Both the position numbers and the translations under genes were made by a program. A stretch of 64,000 nucleotides of DNA, taken from Octopus sinensis (taxonomy: Eukaryota). Location: NCBI RefSeq assembly GCF_006345805.1, contig NC_043011.1:32624464-32688463 (forward strand). Direction: 5' to 3'. Positions 39,190-52,257 of this stretch are shown here, piece after piece; within the stretch, counting starts at the first letter, position 1; each line of letters begins with the position of its first letter. The notes beneath the pieces were generated by a model. It did not search any database. It saw nothing but the letters and a program-made list of their open reading frames with translations, and was not told the origin of the DNA.

Positions 39190-40520
39190 TTCCACCGCCA
39201 CCATTACCACAACCACCACATTTATCATCATCATCATCATCATCATCAATTGTCAAACCGCCACCATTACCACCAACCACCACATTTATCATCATCCATC
39301 ATCATCATCATCATCGTCACCACCACCATTACCACAACCACCACATTTATCATCATCATCATCATCATCATCATTGTCACCGCCACCATATACACAACCA
39401 CCACATTTATCATCATCATCATCATCATCATCATCGTCACCACCACCATTACCACAACCACCACATTTCATCATCATCATCAATCATCATCATCATTCAG
39501 TCACCGCCACCATTACCACACCACCACATTTATCATCATCATCATCAATCATCATCATCGTCACCACCACCATTACCACAACCACCACATTTATCATCAT
39601 CATCATCATCATCATCATTGTCACCGCCACCATTACCACACACCACCACATTTATCATCATCATCATCATCATCATCATCGTCACCACCACCATTACCAC
39701 AACCACATTTATCATCATCATCATCATCATCATCATCGTCACCGCCACCATTACCATACCACAACCCCACATTTATCATCATCATCATCATCATCTCATC
39801 ATCGTCACCACCACCATTACCACAACCACCACATTTATCATCATCATCATCATCATCATCATCGTCACCGCCACCATTACCACAACCACCACATTTATCA
39901 TCATCATCATCATCATCATCATCGTCACCACCACCATTACCACAACCACCACATTTATCATCATCATCATCATCATCATCATTGTCACCGCCACCATTAC
40001 CACAACCACCACATTTATCATCATCATCATCATCATCATCATCGTCACCACCACCATTACCACAACCACCACATTTATCATCATCATCATCATCATCATC
40101 ATTGTCACCGCCACCATTACCACAACCACCACATTTATCATCATCATCATCATCATCATCATCGTCACCACCACCATTACCACAACCACCACATTTATCA
40201 TCATCATCATCATCATCATCATCGTCACCACCGCCACCATTACCACAACCACCACATTTATCATCATCATCATCATCATCATCATCGTCACCACCACCAT
40301 TACCACAACCACCACATTTATCATCATCATCATCATCATCATCATCGTCACCACCACCATTACCACACCACCACATTTTCATCATCATCATCATCATCAT
40401 CATGTCACCGCCACCATTACCACAACCACCACATTTATCATCATCATCATCATCATCATCATTGTCACCGCCACCATTACCACAACCACCACATTTACCA
40501 TCATCATCATCATCATCATT
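39190..40520. repeat. 60-bp minisatellite containing a (CAT)n core, embedded in CAT/CAC low-complexity DNA (~38860-41095)
   Basis: Exact 60-bp periodicity over ~39790-40260. Unit: ACCATTACCACAACCACCACATTTAT(CAT)8CGTCACCRCC. Confidence 0.95.
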
Positions 40521-41219
40521 GTCATCGTCACCACCACCACCACCACCAACATCATCAACACCTTCATCATTCTACATATTTCATCATCATCGTTGTCATC
40601 ACCAACTCCCCCGCCGCCGCCGTCATCACTACCACCACTCCAAGCTAATCATTACTTTCACCAATAGCAACAACATCGTTAACATAACCGTCAACACCTC
40701 TGCTACAACCACCACTGCTACAACTATCACCACCACCACGACGACTACAACCGCCACCACTACCACCGCTAAAACCGCTACGTCCACAACCACCACCACC
40801 ACCACCACATCAGCAACCACCGTAACAACCACCACCGCTACAATCACCACCACCACCACCACCACCACCACAACAACAACAACCACCGACCCTACCACCA
40901 CCATCACCACAACCACCACTACCACTATCCTTATTAATATCATCGTCATTATCATTATCTATACCATCCGTATCCTCCTCTTCTATCGACCTCACCATCC
41001 ACACCCTCGTCCTCATCGTCATCATCGTCGTCGTCGTCATCATCATCATCATCATCGCCAGCATCATAGCAGCAGTAGCAGCAGCAGCAGCATTAAATGA
41101 ATTTGAAGGAATAAATGTGTTTTGAACGAGTTTTTAAATGAAAGAATAAATGTGTTCTGAGCCTAAAACAAATTTTATTCGAAAACTTTCATCTACCTCT
41201 GAAGCCGAGAGATGAAGAG

Positions 41220-41518
41220 TTATGTATATATAGAGCACACGCACACACGCATACACGCACACACGCACACACACACACACATAGAAACACACACACGCAC
41301 ACACACACACACATATATATATATATTATATATATTATATATATATATATTACATACATACATATACACACACATATATAAATACCTACGTAGATATATA
41401 CATATACCTATGTATGTATGTATGTATGTATGTATGTATGTATGTATGTATGTGTGTATGTATGCATATATATATATATATATTTCATACATACATATAT
41501 GCATATATATATATTACA

Positions 41519-41551
<33 letters not shown>

Positions 41552-41618
41552 TATATATATTATATATATATAAACATATATATATAAGGATATACATATA
41601 TATTACATACATACATAT

Positions 41619-41676
<58 letters not shown>

Positions 41677-42630
41677 CATATAAACATATATATATTATAT
41701 ATATGATATAATATAATATAATATAATATATAGATCTCTCCCATTCTCTATATATATTTATATGTATGTCTATATCAACTTGACATCGCGCGGCAAATAT
41801 AAATAATTGCAGACACAAATGTACGCACACACACACACACATAGAAACACACACACGCACACACACAGAGAAACACATACACACAAGCTCATTCTCACCC
41901 ACACCCCTACACACTCAACACACGCACACATATACGCACATTCCAAATGCGTAAATGAATATAACGAAACCAATTAAAAAATGTGTTGTTTAATTAACTT
42001 ACAAATTTTGTGAATTTTGTGCAATTACTAAGGATTCAACTACAGAATATGGCAATAAAGCATTGTTGAAGCAATCAGGATTTTATCGTGGATTATCTAT
42101 AGTTGGATAAATATATATATCTAAGCAATGTGGTGACGTGTGATGATGGGAAATATTTATAAAAATAAATTGTATTATATCTATAATAAAAACGTTGAAG
42201 ACAATCACAAACAACATATATACACTTATTTATATTTATATTTATATTTGTATGCACTATAGATATACATGTGTATACTGTGTGAGTGTGTGTTGGTGTG
42301 TATGTGTGTGTGTGTGCGTATGTATAAGTATATGCATGTATGTACATTATATATATGTATGTATAAATATATGTATTTATGTACAGGCGTATGTGTATGA
42401 ATCTATGTCGGTATGTCGATGTACATATATATATAAATATATAAATGTATCTACGGGAATGTATGTGTATATAGAAGTATAAGTATATGTGTGTGCATGT
42501 ATATGAATGTGCGTATACGTATAGGTGTGTATAGGTGTATGTTTGTGTATGTATACGCATAAATATACTTATGTACAACTATATGTATATATGTGTATAT
42601 ACATATATATGTGTATGTATATATACATGT

Positions 42631-42665
<35 letters not shown>

Positions 42666-43000
42666 ATAAACACACACACACATATATATATATATGTATG
42701 TATATCTAAATACATAAATATATATCTATATACATAAATGTATATGTATATGCATATGCACATATATGTATGTGCATATAAATATATATATGTATATACA
42801 TATATATGTGTGTGTGTAAATATATATTCATATATGTACATGTATACACAGAAATATATGTGTATGCATATGTATATGTTCATGTGTATATATACAAGCA
42901 TATATATAGGTGTAAGCATATACATTTATATATATATATATATATGTGTGTGTGGTGTGTGTGTGTGTGTGGTGTGTGTGTGTGTATTATTTTATTCTTT
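41220..43000. repeat. Compound (CA)n/(TA)n/(TG)n low-complexity region
   Basis: Direct reading. Confidence 0.9.
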
Positions 43001-43227
43001 GATTCTTTTATTTGTTTCGGTCATTTGACTGCGGCCATGCTGGAAAACCGCTTTTAGTCGAGCAAATCGAATTCAGGACTTATTCTTCGTAAAACTAGTA
43101 CTTATTCTATCGTTCTCTTTTGCCGCACCATTAAGTTACGGGGGACGTAAACACACCAAAATCAGTTGTAAGCACACCAAAATTAGATGGGGGAGAGGGC
43201 GACAAACACAGGCACACAAATATATAC

Positions 43228-43278
<51 letters not shown>

Positions 43279-43366
43279 ATGTAGGTCCCGGGTTGATTCG
43301 GGGTTAACCACAGTAAATAAGGTACTCAATACATAGCAGAGTAAAATTAATTTATTATATAGAAGG

Positions 43367-43417
43367 AGCTTCTACAGGACTAGAACTGTTTCATTCAAGA
43401 GAAATCTTCAGGAAGCT
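43367..43417 (-). ncRNA. Second minimal type I hammerhead-like motif, in a ~200-bp island (43280-43480) inside the (TA)n of a family B SINE (-, ~43010-43815)
   Basis: Reverse complement is AGCTTC-CTGAAGA-TTTC(TCTT)GAAT-GAA-ACAG(TTCTAGTC)CTGT-A^-GAAGCT. Stem I is 6 bp, stem III 4 bp, and the cleavage site is GUA. Confidence 0.7.
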
Positions 43418-43482
43418 AGTTAACAAGAATTGTATTGGCATTTATACATTTAGGCAGGTTTAAAGGGGTGTTGGTGGGGGAC

Positions 43483-43518
<36 letters not shown>

Positions 43519-43563
43519 AATATATATATATTATATATATTTATATATATATATATATATATT

Positions 43564-43617
<54 letters not shown>

Positions 43618-44031
43618 ATGTGTGTGGGTGTATATAATTATATATATACACAACGGGCTTCTTTCAGTTTCGCTCTATCAAATCCACTTACAAGTCTTTG
43701 GTTGGCCCGATGTTATAATAGAAGACACCTGCACAATGTGTCATGCAGTGGGACTGAACCCGAAACCATGTGGTTGGTAAGCAAGCTACTTACCACACAG
43801 CCACTCCTGCACCTATATATATATATACACACACACACACACATATGTGTATATTTATCAATAGGTATGTGAATATATGGATGAGTGTACATGAGCATAT
43901 GTGTGACTATATATACCCATATATATAATATATATATATACACGCACACACACACACATATATATACACACACACATATATATATATATACACACACACA
44001 CATACTCACACACACATAATCACAACACACA

Positions 44032-44071
<40 letters not shown>

Positions 44072-44754
44072 ACAACTTGTCTCCATCACTGGACTGCTGC
44101 CTGGACACTGTCTGGAAAGGTTATTAGTCGAACAAATCAACCCCAGTCCCTTTTTTTCTCTTCTGGCGAATCGATAAGTAATACGTACGTAAAGAAACCA
44201 ACTCCGGTTGTCAGACTATGCGGGCATGAGAACCCCCCCCCACCACCACCACCACCATTATATACCTATGACGGGCTTCCTTACAGTTTTATCCTATCAA
44301 ATAAAAGTCACAAGGCATTAGTCGGTTGGAGGTTATAGTTACAAAGCATTTTCTCAGGGTGCTACGCTGTGGTAATGAACCCGATCTAGCAGAAACGTTA
44401 GCACGCCGGGCGAAATGCTTAGCAGTATTTCGTCTGCCGCAACGTTCTGAGTTCAAATTCCGCCGAGGTCGACTTTGCCTTTCATCCTTTCGGGGTCGAT
44501 TAAATAAGTACCAGTTACGCACTGGGATCGATGTAATCGACTTGATCCGTTTGTCTGTCCTTGTTTGTCCTCACTGTGTTTAGCCCCTTGTGGGCAATAA
44601 AGAATAAGAAGCTTATTTCCCGAGCAAATTGTTTTGGGTGCAGTCCCAGTGCGTGGTACCTTAGGCAAGTGTCTTTTACTGTAGGTTTGGGCCGATCAAA
44701 GCATTGTGAGTGGAGTTGTTAGACGGAAACTGAAAGAAGCGCATCATATATATA

Positions 44755-44950
44755 TAGGGTTGGCCAAAACTCACCTGACAGTAAATCAAAACCCTTTCAT
44801 TCCAAGATTTATTTATGCTCAACAACTGAATATGAGACATCATGAAAATTGTTCAAACTGAAGTCCTTCTTGGGCGGCACATTTTCCCATTCGAGTCAAT
44901 ACAGAATTACAGACAGTATTTATGGAATTTTGATTTACTGTCGGGTGATA
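44755..44950. mobile_element. ~200-bp MITE inserted in the internal (TA)n of a family B SINE (+, ~44600-45232)
   Basis: Inverted repeats TCACCTGACAGTAAATCAAAA / TTTTGATTTACTGTCGGGTGA; TA flanks. Confidence 0.65.
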
Positions 44951-45280
44951 TATGTATGTGTGTGTGTGTGTGTTTGTCCTCCACCACCACCAACCGGTGT
45001 TGGTTTGTTTATGTCCCCGTAATTTGACAACCGGTGTTGGTTTGTTTATGTCCCCGTAACTTTGCGGTTCGGCAAGAGAGGCCGATAGAATAAGTACCAG
45101 GATTAAAAGAGAAAAAAAGTAAGTATTGGGGTCGATTCATTCGACTAAAAACAAAAAAAGAAAGAAAATTCTTCAAGGCGGTGCCCCAGCATGGCCGCGG
45201 TCTAATGACTGAAACAAGCAAAAGATAAAAATATATGAGCCAAAGCGGAACAAAGGCTGCGTATCATTCGGCTGCTCGCG

Positions 45281-45770
45281 AATTTTTTTTTCCCACGAGA
45301 GTTCCGGACCCCAGTAATGAACTCATTTGCATACAGCCAATCAGAGCTCACCTTGATTTTGTTGTCAAGTTAACAAACACACTCTACCAAGTAAACTCTG
45401 GTGACCAAATTATGCCTGATTTTAGGAGATAAGCATTTAGATAGATTTGCATCTATACCTATTATCGGATTTTGTTAGGGCCTCATATGGTAAAGATGCG
45501 GATGGGAAAAATGTGGGTAGAGGGTGATGCGCTAGCAACCCTCTCCCCTTAACAACACAACTACGCAGAGGTAGCCATGGTTGAAACAAGAACAAGAACA
45601 AGAAGCATTATTAAAAGAGAAAAGAAGCATAGCCATTCCTTACCCAAGTGACCTTGTCTTATCGCCCATCACTTGTTATACGCTCATGAATTAGTTTGAT
45701 AGTTGAGCTCTGATTGGCTGTGTGCAAATGTGTTCATAACTGGGGTCCGGAACTCTCGTGGGGAAAAATT
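45281..45770. mobile_element. MITE-like element with ~68-bp terminal inverted repeats
   Basis: 45281-45350 (TTTTCCCACGAGAGTTCCGGACCCCAG...GCCAATCAGAGCTCA) versus 45704-45770, with few mismatches. Confidence 0.75.
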
Positions 45771-46029
45771 TCCACCGGCCGCTCAATGGAGATGGGTTAG
45801 ACATGACAGATGAAAAATGTCTGCCTGAGGGAGATTTGTTGTTGTTGTTGTTGCAGCTGCTGCTACTTCTGTGGTTACTACTGTTGTTGCTGTTGCTACT
45901 GTTGTTGTTGTTGTTGACTTTATTATCATTGATTCCATTCTTACAGTTGTTTCTTCTTCTTCTTCTTCTTCATCTTCTTCTTCTTCCAATCAGTACTCAC
46001 GCCATTAGCCACTAAGAATAATCTCTAAT

Positions 46030-46455
46030 TCGAGCCTACTCTAAGCTACTAAGAATGTGTGTGGCAACTTGAAGATCCACCCACCACACGCGATAGAGTG
46101 GCGGTTGCACGGGCGCGAAAGCTACGTTGTTATCCTCATTCCGTAAACGGTGGCTTTTAACGGGTGGAGAACTGAACCATCCTGGGGTACAGAGGATTCG
46201 CAATCTAGATTAGGGTCTGAAAGTTTTACCACACCATAGTGGGTTACATAGTGCTTTGTGGCATAAGAAGGAAGAAAGTGTGATAGAAAGTTGTGGTGAA
46301 AGAGTACAGCGGGGTTTACCACCCACACCCGCCGGAGCCTCGTGGAGCTTAGGTGTTTTTGCTCAAAAAACACTCACAATGCCCGGTCTGGGAATCGAAA
46401 CCGCGTTCTTATGACCGCGAGTCCGCTGCCCTAACCACTGGGCCATTGCGCCTCC
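46030..46455 (-). mobile_element. SINE family C with tail type 3 (left boundary uncertain)
   Basis: Head GGAGGCGCAATGGCCCAGTGGTTAGGGCAGCGGACTCGCGG on the minus strand ends at 46455. Sequence after the central domain differs from the other copies. Confidence 0.7.
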
Positions 46456-47169
46456 ATGCATTTAGATCCAGACCAACCATATTTGTGCAGGCCTTACGAT
46501 CGATGGCGTTCCAGTCGTGATCATCAAGTCCTTACTTTCTCCTAATAGCACCCCATCACCTAATACTCACCACTTTCTCAGTTCCTCACAGCGGTTTACA
46601 TAAATATTCAACATAAACATACAAATGGGTGCATATATTTATTCGAGGATATTTCCATATAAAAGTACGCAGATTACATAACGAGGATTATGTACGCTGA
46701 TGTAAGCATGTATGCATTAAACACAACAGTCGTATGTGAGTGTTACGTTTGGATACGTATATATATGAATATGTAAGCGTTTCTAATATTTGCGTGTACG
46801 TAGTTGCCTGAAGATGTGTGCACGTGTGGATGCTTGTATGAATAGATATTTTATATGCAGCTTATATACTAACTAGCTTAATATACTATAATAGCAGCTA
46901 TTTATTGGAGTGCTATAGAAATATGTTTGGTTGTTTCTTCCAAGTTAGCTGATTAATTTACAACACAAAGTCAACAAATAGGATTAAAACTAATGTTTCT
47001 TGTGAAAAAAAAAGAGAGAGAAAAGGAAACAAAGCAAAGCCAAAAAAAAAGCAAAACAAAGGGTAAAAAATGAAATATTATATGAGTATATAACGAATTA
47101 TGAAACAATGAACGTTAGCATTAAAGATACAAATACATACACACACATTCTATATTATTTATATATATA

Positions 47170-47520
47170 TCTATAATACTAAGAATGTGTGTCTGTCTGT
47201 GTGAATCCCTAAAACTTGAGAACTACACAACCAATTTCATTCAAATTTTACACATGTCTTACTTAGGGTCCAATGAGTGTCATGGATAAAAAATTTTTAA
47301 CTTCTTGCCTAGGGCGAGCCCATAGCAATATCATATCTTCTCCAATATGAATCCCTAACACTTGAGAACTACACGAGCAATTTCATTCAAATTTTAAACA
47401 TGCCTTACTTAGGGGCCATGTTTAACTTCTTGCCTAGGGCGAGCCCACAGCAATATCACATCTTTTCCACTATTTCAGTATTACGTGTTGAAAGTGAAAC
47501 GAAAGCATCTCTCTATTGTA
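47170..47520 (+). mobile_element. Non-autonomous Helitron-like element, 5' part, with an internal ~140-bp duplication
   Basis: A|TCTATAATACTAAGAATGTGTGTCTGTCTG start (5' TC rule). A homologous copy lies at ~53812-54200. Confidence 0.5.
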
Positions 47521-47528
47521 TGTATATG

Positions 47529-47610
<82 letters not shown>

Positions 47611-47749
47611 TATGGATGTATATAATATATATATATATATATATACTATATATATATATATGGATGTATATACATATATATATATATATCTATATATATA
47701 CATATACTATATATATACATATATATATATATATATAATATATATATAC

Positions 47750-47832
<83 letters not shown>

Positions 47833-47835
<3 letters not shown>

Positions 47836-48025
47836 AGAGTTTACGAAAAAAACAAAAGACGAAGACAGGTGGTGTACAAAACAAACATATGTATTAGTAC
47901 AACGCTCAGGAATAGAAGCAGTCCTTTACGTTTCAAGCCTACGCTCTTCTACAGAAAGGGACGCAGAAAAAACAAGGAGAGAAAAAAATGTGTGTAGTGG
48001 CTAACGATCTATCATGGCGACAAGT
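47833..48025 (-). mobile_element. Penelope-like terminal fragment in (TA)n with a degenerate hammerhead-like motif
   Basis: Reverse complement of 47921-47962 is GTCCCTTTCTGTAGAAGAGCGTAGGCTTGAAACGTAAAGGAC. It is flanked by long (TA)n on both sides. Confidence 0.5.
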
Positions 48026-48049
48026 AATATATATATATATATATACATG

Positions 48050-48204
<155 letters not shown>

Positions 48205-48480
48205 TGTATATGTATACATGTATATGTATAGCTGTATTTCTATAGATATACAAGTATATGTATAGATGTATTTCTATAGATATACATGTATATGTAAACA
48301 TGTATGTCTAGATTTATATATAGGTGTATATGTAATATGTATACATATATATACACATATATACATGCATACATATATACCCCCATACACACATACCGAT
48401 CCACCCAACCACCCACACACACACATGGGTACAGGTGTGGCTGTGTGGTAACTTGGCATGTGTCCTCTGCTATAGCCTCA

Positions 48481-48615
48481 GAGCTCGCTCTGGGTGACAT
48501 TGGGTCGACTGTCCACAGCTACCGGCCCACAGTCGACGCTATGGCGACCAGAGCTCGCTCTGGGCGACATTGGGTCGACTGTCCACAGCTACCGGCCCAC
48601 AGTCGACGCTATGGC
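48481..48615. repeat. 70-bp tandem duplication whose unit is a 26-bp-stem hairpin
   Basis: GAGCTCGCTCTGGG.GACATTGGGTCGACTGT... at 48481 and 48551. Confidence 0.9.
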
Positions 48616-49524
48616 TTTGGTGTCACTATTACAAACGGCTTGGCTTGGCTTGGCTTGGCAGGAGAGAAAAGAAAAAATTTCCATTATAAGTAGAGAACTA
48701 TAGCGCGAAGTCAGCATAAAAGAAACAACCCTTTATCAATTGTTGGCAGATTTATCTACTCCGCATTGCGAGCAGTGCAACAAGATGCGTCTTCGTCAAA
48801 GCAATTGTTCCCCCAAAGCAAATTAAATAAAATTTGAGATACGTGGAACGTCAAAGCTGCTAACAAGAACAGAACAGCGGAAACATTCGGTAAGGGCTGT
48901 TGAACCCTAACGAGGTGAGATGGTGAACGCTGGAGAAAAAAAGCTTTGTCAAGAGACATACAAGAATGCGTCTTATAGTTATAAGCTGAACGAGAAGAAA
49001 AAGAATTACAATTAGAAATAGAGATCTATAATTATTGAAGACAGAATTTCAGTTAGAAATAGAGAACTATAAATATTGTATTATGCATAAAGTGGTGGCT
49101 TACATTCGGGGCTTCCAATTTCTCGCAAAATCATCGCACATGTCCCCATCGATTACAAACACCGGTGGAAGATAAAAGTTCCATTCTTGTTCTTTCGTTC
49201 GTACAAGGATCGTATTATGATTCGGCTTAAAATGAATTATAGATACAAATATAATGTATAGAAATATATAAAAACCAGAATAGAAATAAACGTCTTACGC
49301 ATATAAAATGAGATAACATGAGATATCAAGGTGTTATAAACTTGAAACCTACTAGAATATCATAGATTATATATATCAAGTCATCCAATCAGTTCTGTCC
49401 AATTTTACCTTTTTTTTAGATTTGAATGAAATTTATTAGTATTTTCAAATGTCTAATTCAATTAAAAATTATTTTTATGCATTCGTGTACTTTTATACTA
49501 ATTCAATATTGCTTTACAGAATAA

Positions 49525-49950
49525 TAGAGGGTGTCCACAAAGTCTGCGTACATGGGGATTAACACATACTTTTAAAACAAAACAATTTTATTTAATTATA
49601 GTGTTAATAAATAATATTTTCAAAGTGATTTCCATCATTTTCAATGCATAACTTGATGCGCCTTGCAAAATTCAGGTGAACTTGATTAAATAAGTCTACA
49701 TTGCCATCAATTTCAGCACACTGACTGGTAATGCGTCAGTGTGCTGAAATTGATGGCAATGTAGACTTATTTAATCAAGTTCACCTGATTAATATCATTC
49801 GATCATCTGTAGAAAAAATAAATAAATTTAGAAAAGTAAAGTATTTTTAAAATTTAATTTAAACAAAAGTAAAAAAGGAAAATTATTATTTCTTATATTT
49901 GTTTATGTTATGATTTTATTCTATGTACCTAGACTTCGTGGACACCCTAA
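49525..49950 (-). mobile_element. Tc1/mariner-type deletion derivative nested in the mariner 5' region
   Basis: TIRs AGGGTGTCCACAAAGTCTGCGTACAT / ATGTACCTAGACTTCGTGGACACCCT. Minus-strand transposase C-terminus EIDGNVDLFNQVHLNFARRIKLCIENDGNHFENIIY*. Confidence 0.8.
49672..49788. repeat. Perfect palindrome, 54-bp arms, 9-nt loop
   Basis: 49672-49725 is the exact reverse complement of 49735-49788. Confidence 0.95.
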
Positions 49951-51061
49951 AATTGCTTTGATTAAAACCCTTTCAACATGGAAGTATCCAAGGAGCATTT
50001 AAGGCACATATAATTCTTTATGAGTACAATAAAGTTTACTCTGCAGCCGAAGTGACTCGAAACATACACTCAGTTTATGGGAAAGTGCTTGAATGAAAGA
50101 ACTTGCAGGAGATCGTTTGCAAAATTGAAGATGAATATCGAACAGGACGTCCAGTTGAGTTTGGGGATAAGCTCCTTGAGGCATTACTTGAAGAAAATCC
50201 TGCATTATCAGTTGAAGAATTGGCAATAAAGCTTACTTCAAACCATACAACAGTTCATCGTCATCTTCAACAACGTGGAAAGATTCCTAAACTTGGAAAA
50301 TATGTGCCTCATGTATTGTCCGAAAGCAACCGCAAATCCCGAGTTTACATCTGCTCTTCTCTCCATTCTCGCAAACTCATTTCACCCTTTTTCGATAGAC
50401 TTGTGACGAAAAATGGATTTTCTATCGAGATGTTAAACGTCGTAAACAGTGGCTTGGAAAAAGGAAAAATGCTCAACCACAACCGAGAAGGGAACTTCAT
50501 GGGGAAAAGGTTTTACTCCCTATCTGGTGCGATCGCAAAGACGTAGTTCACCATATATTGTTACCACCTAATGCAACAATCAATGCTCAAGTCTACTGTC
50601 AGCAATTAGAGCGTTTGAACCAAGCTTTGAAGGGAAAAAGAGCCGTTTTAGTGAGTCGGAAACGAGTGACGTTTCATCAAGACAATGCGTGACTCCACAC
50701 TGCAAAGATCACATCACAGAAGATCGAAGAGGTCGGTTTGGAAAAATTTCTTCATTCAACTTATTCTCCCGACCTTACTCCTTCAGGATACCATTTGTTT
50801 CATAGTTTACAGAATTATTAGCGGGGACACAACTTTCGCAAGCCAGGAGGAGGTCGAACCTGACATTTCAGAGTTCTTCGCTTTGAAACCAAAAGAGTTT
50901 TACATTGATGGGATTAAAAAGCTTCTAAATAGATGGAAGTAAGTCATAGATAATCAGGGAAAGTACATTGATGATTAACTTTCAATTAAATATATAACAT
51001 TTGATCACTTGTATTCTTTATCCAAAATTCGGACAGAACTTATGGGATGACCTGAGATATA

Positions 51062-51619
51062 TACACTGGCGAAAATATATTTAAGGCCGACGATAAAAGT
51101 TCTATTTCTTACAAAATATTTTGTTACTAACACCATATTTATATCTTTTACACCTTATGCAAAATTTATTTCTCTTTCGAATGATGCAGACAATAACTAT
51201 TTTTATACAACTTGAAGAATTCTAATGCTAAATTAATATAAATATTTCAAATTTACCGGCAAAATTAGTTGAAGACCATGTAATATGTATGCAATTTTTT
51301 TGGCCAAAATGGGTGGTCACACAGCGAGCCTAAATGCACCATATAAAGTTATAATTTAATGTTATTATACAATTTATTAATAATGGGAAAACAACGTAGC
51401 CTTAGTCCAGTCACGAGAGCAAAAATCGTATATTACAGCAAAAAGTTTCCTTTTCGAACATCAGCAAGCAACTAAAGTGCAGTAAACCGGCTTGCGTGCA
51501 AGCGTGGAAGTTATACTCGGAGACTGGTCAATATAAAGATCGGCAAAGGACTAGTAACAGAATATTTTGTAAGAAATAGAACTTTTATCATCGGTCTTAA
51601 ATTTATTTTCGCCAGTGTG
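51062..51619 (+). mobile_element. Non-autonomous Tc1-like element retaining the transposase N-terminus
   Basis: ~68-bp TIRs CACTGGCGAAAATATATTTAAGGCCGACGATAAAAGTTCTATTTCTTACAAAATATT.. and its reverse complement. Internal remnant MGKQRSLSPVTRAKIV...ISKQLKCS...SETGQYKDRQR. Confidence 0.8.
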
Positions 51620-51827
51620 TATATTATATATATAATGTATATAATACGAGAATTTTAAAGGAGTTAACCTGCAGTATATAGTACAACATTTTTGTCTCCG
51701 TATATGAGCTAAGTATTAATAAAATGTGGTATACGATAAAAATTTCGGATATTTGTCTTAAAACATTCAGACAAGAAAATTCAGATGTAGCACGAGGTAT
51801 TATTCCATACGAATATCCACATATTTA

Positions 51828-52226
51828 TACTCTTACTCTTTTACTTGTTTCAGTCATTTGACTGCGGCCATGCTGGAGCACCGCCTTTAGTCGAGCAAAT
51901 CGACCCCGGGACTTATTCTTTGTAAGCCCAGTACTTATTCTAGCGGTCTCTTTTGCCGAACCGCTAAGTGACGGGGACGTAAACACACCAGCATCGGTTG
52001 TCAAGCAATGCTAGGGGGACAAACACAGACACTCAAACACACACACATATATACATATATACGACAGGCTTCTTTCAGTTTCCGTCTACCAAATCCACTC
52101 ACAAGGCATTGGTCGGCCCGGGGCTATAGCAGAAGACACTTGCCCAAGATGCCACGCAGTGGGACTGAACCCGGAACCATGTGGTTGGTTAGCAAGCTAC
52201 TTACCACACAGCCACTCCTGCGCCTA
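51828..52226 (-). mobile_element. SINE family B (young, near consensus)
   Basis: Almost identical to the copies at ~11.0-11.4 kb and ~29.8-30.3 kb. Confidence 0.92.
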
Positions 52227-52257
52227 TATTAAGAGTTTCATGATAAAAATATAGAAA

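Larger units (their letters stand above)
49374..51059 (+). mobile_element. Full-length decayed mariner transposon
   Basis: TIRs TCAAGTCATCCAATCAGTTCTGTCC / GGACAGAACTTATGGGATGACCTGA. The broken ORF from ATG ~49978 gives MEVSKEHLRH, TGRPVEF, GKYVPHVL, DEKW, HQDNA*LH and YSPDLTPSGYHLF; the third catalytic D is changed to G. Confidence 0.9.

Noticed and set aside
38737-41100. 787-aa, 606-aa and 424-aa + strand ORFs and the Asp/Gly/Cys-rich minus ORF (39633-40403)
   Set aside because: All frames are open only because the CAT/CAC repeat lacks stops. There is no domain, no codon structure and no GHG-type motif of known His-rich cephalopod beak proteins.
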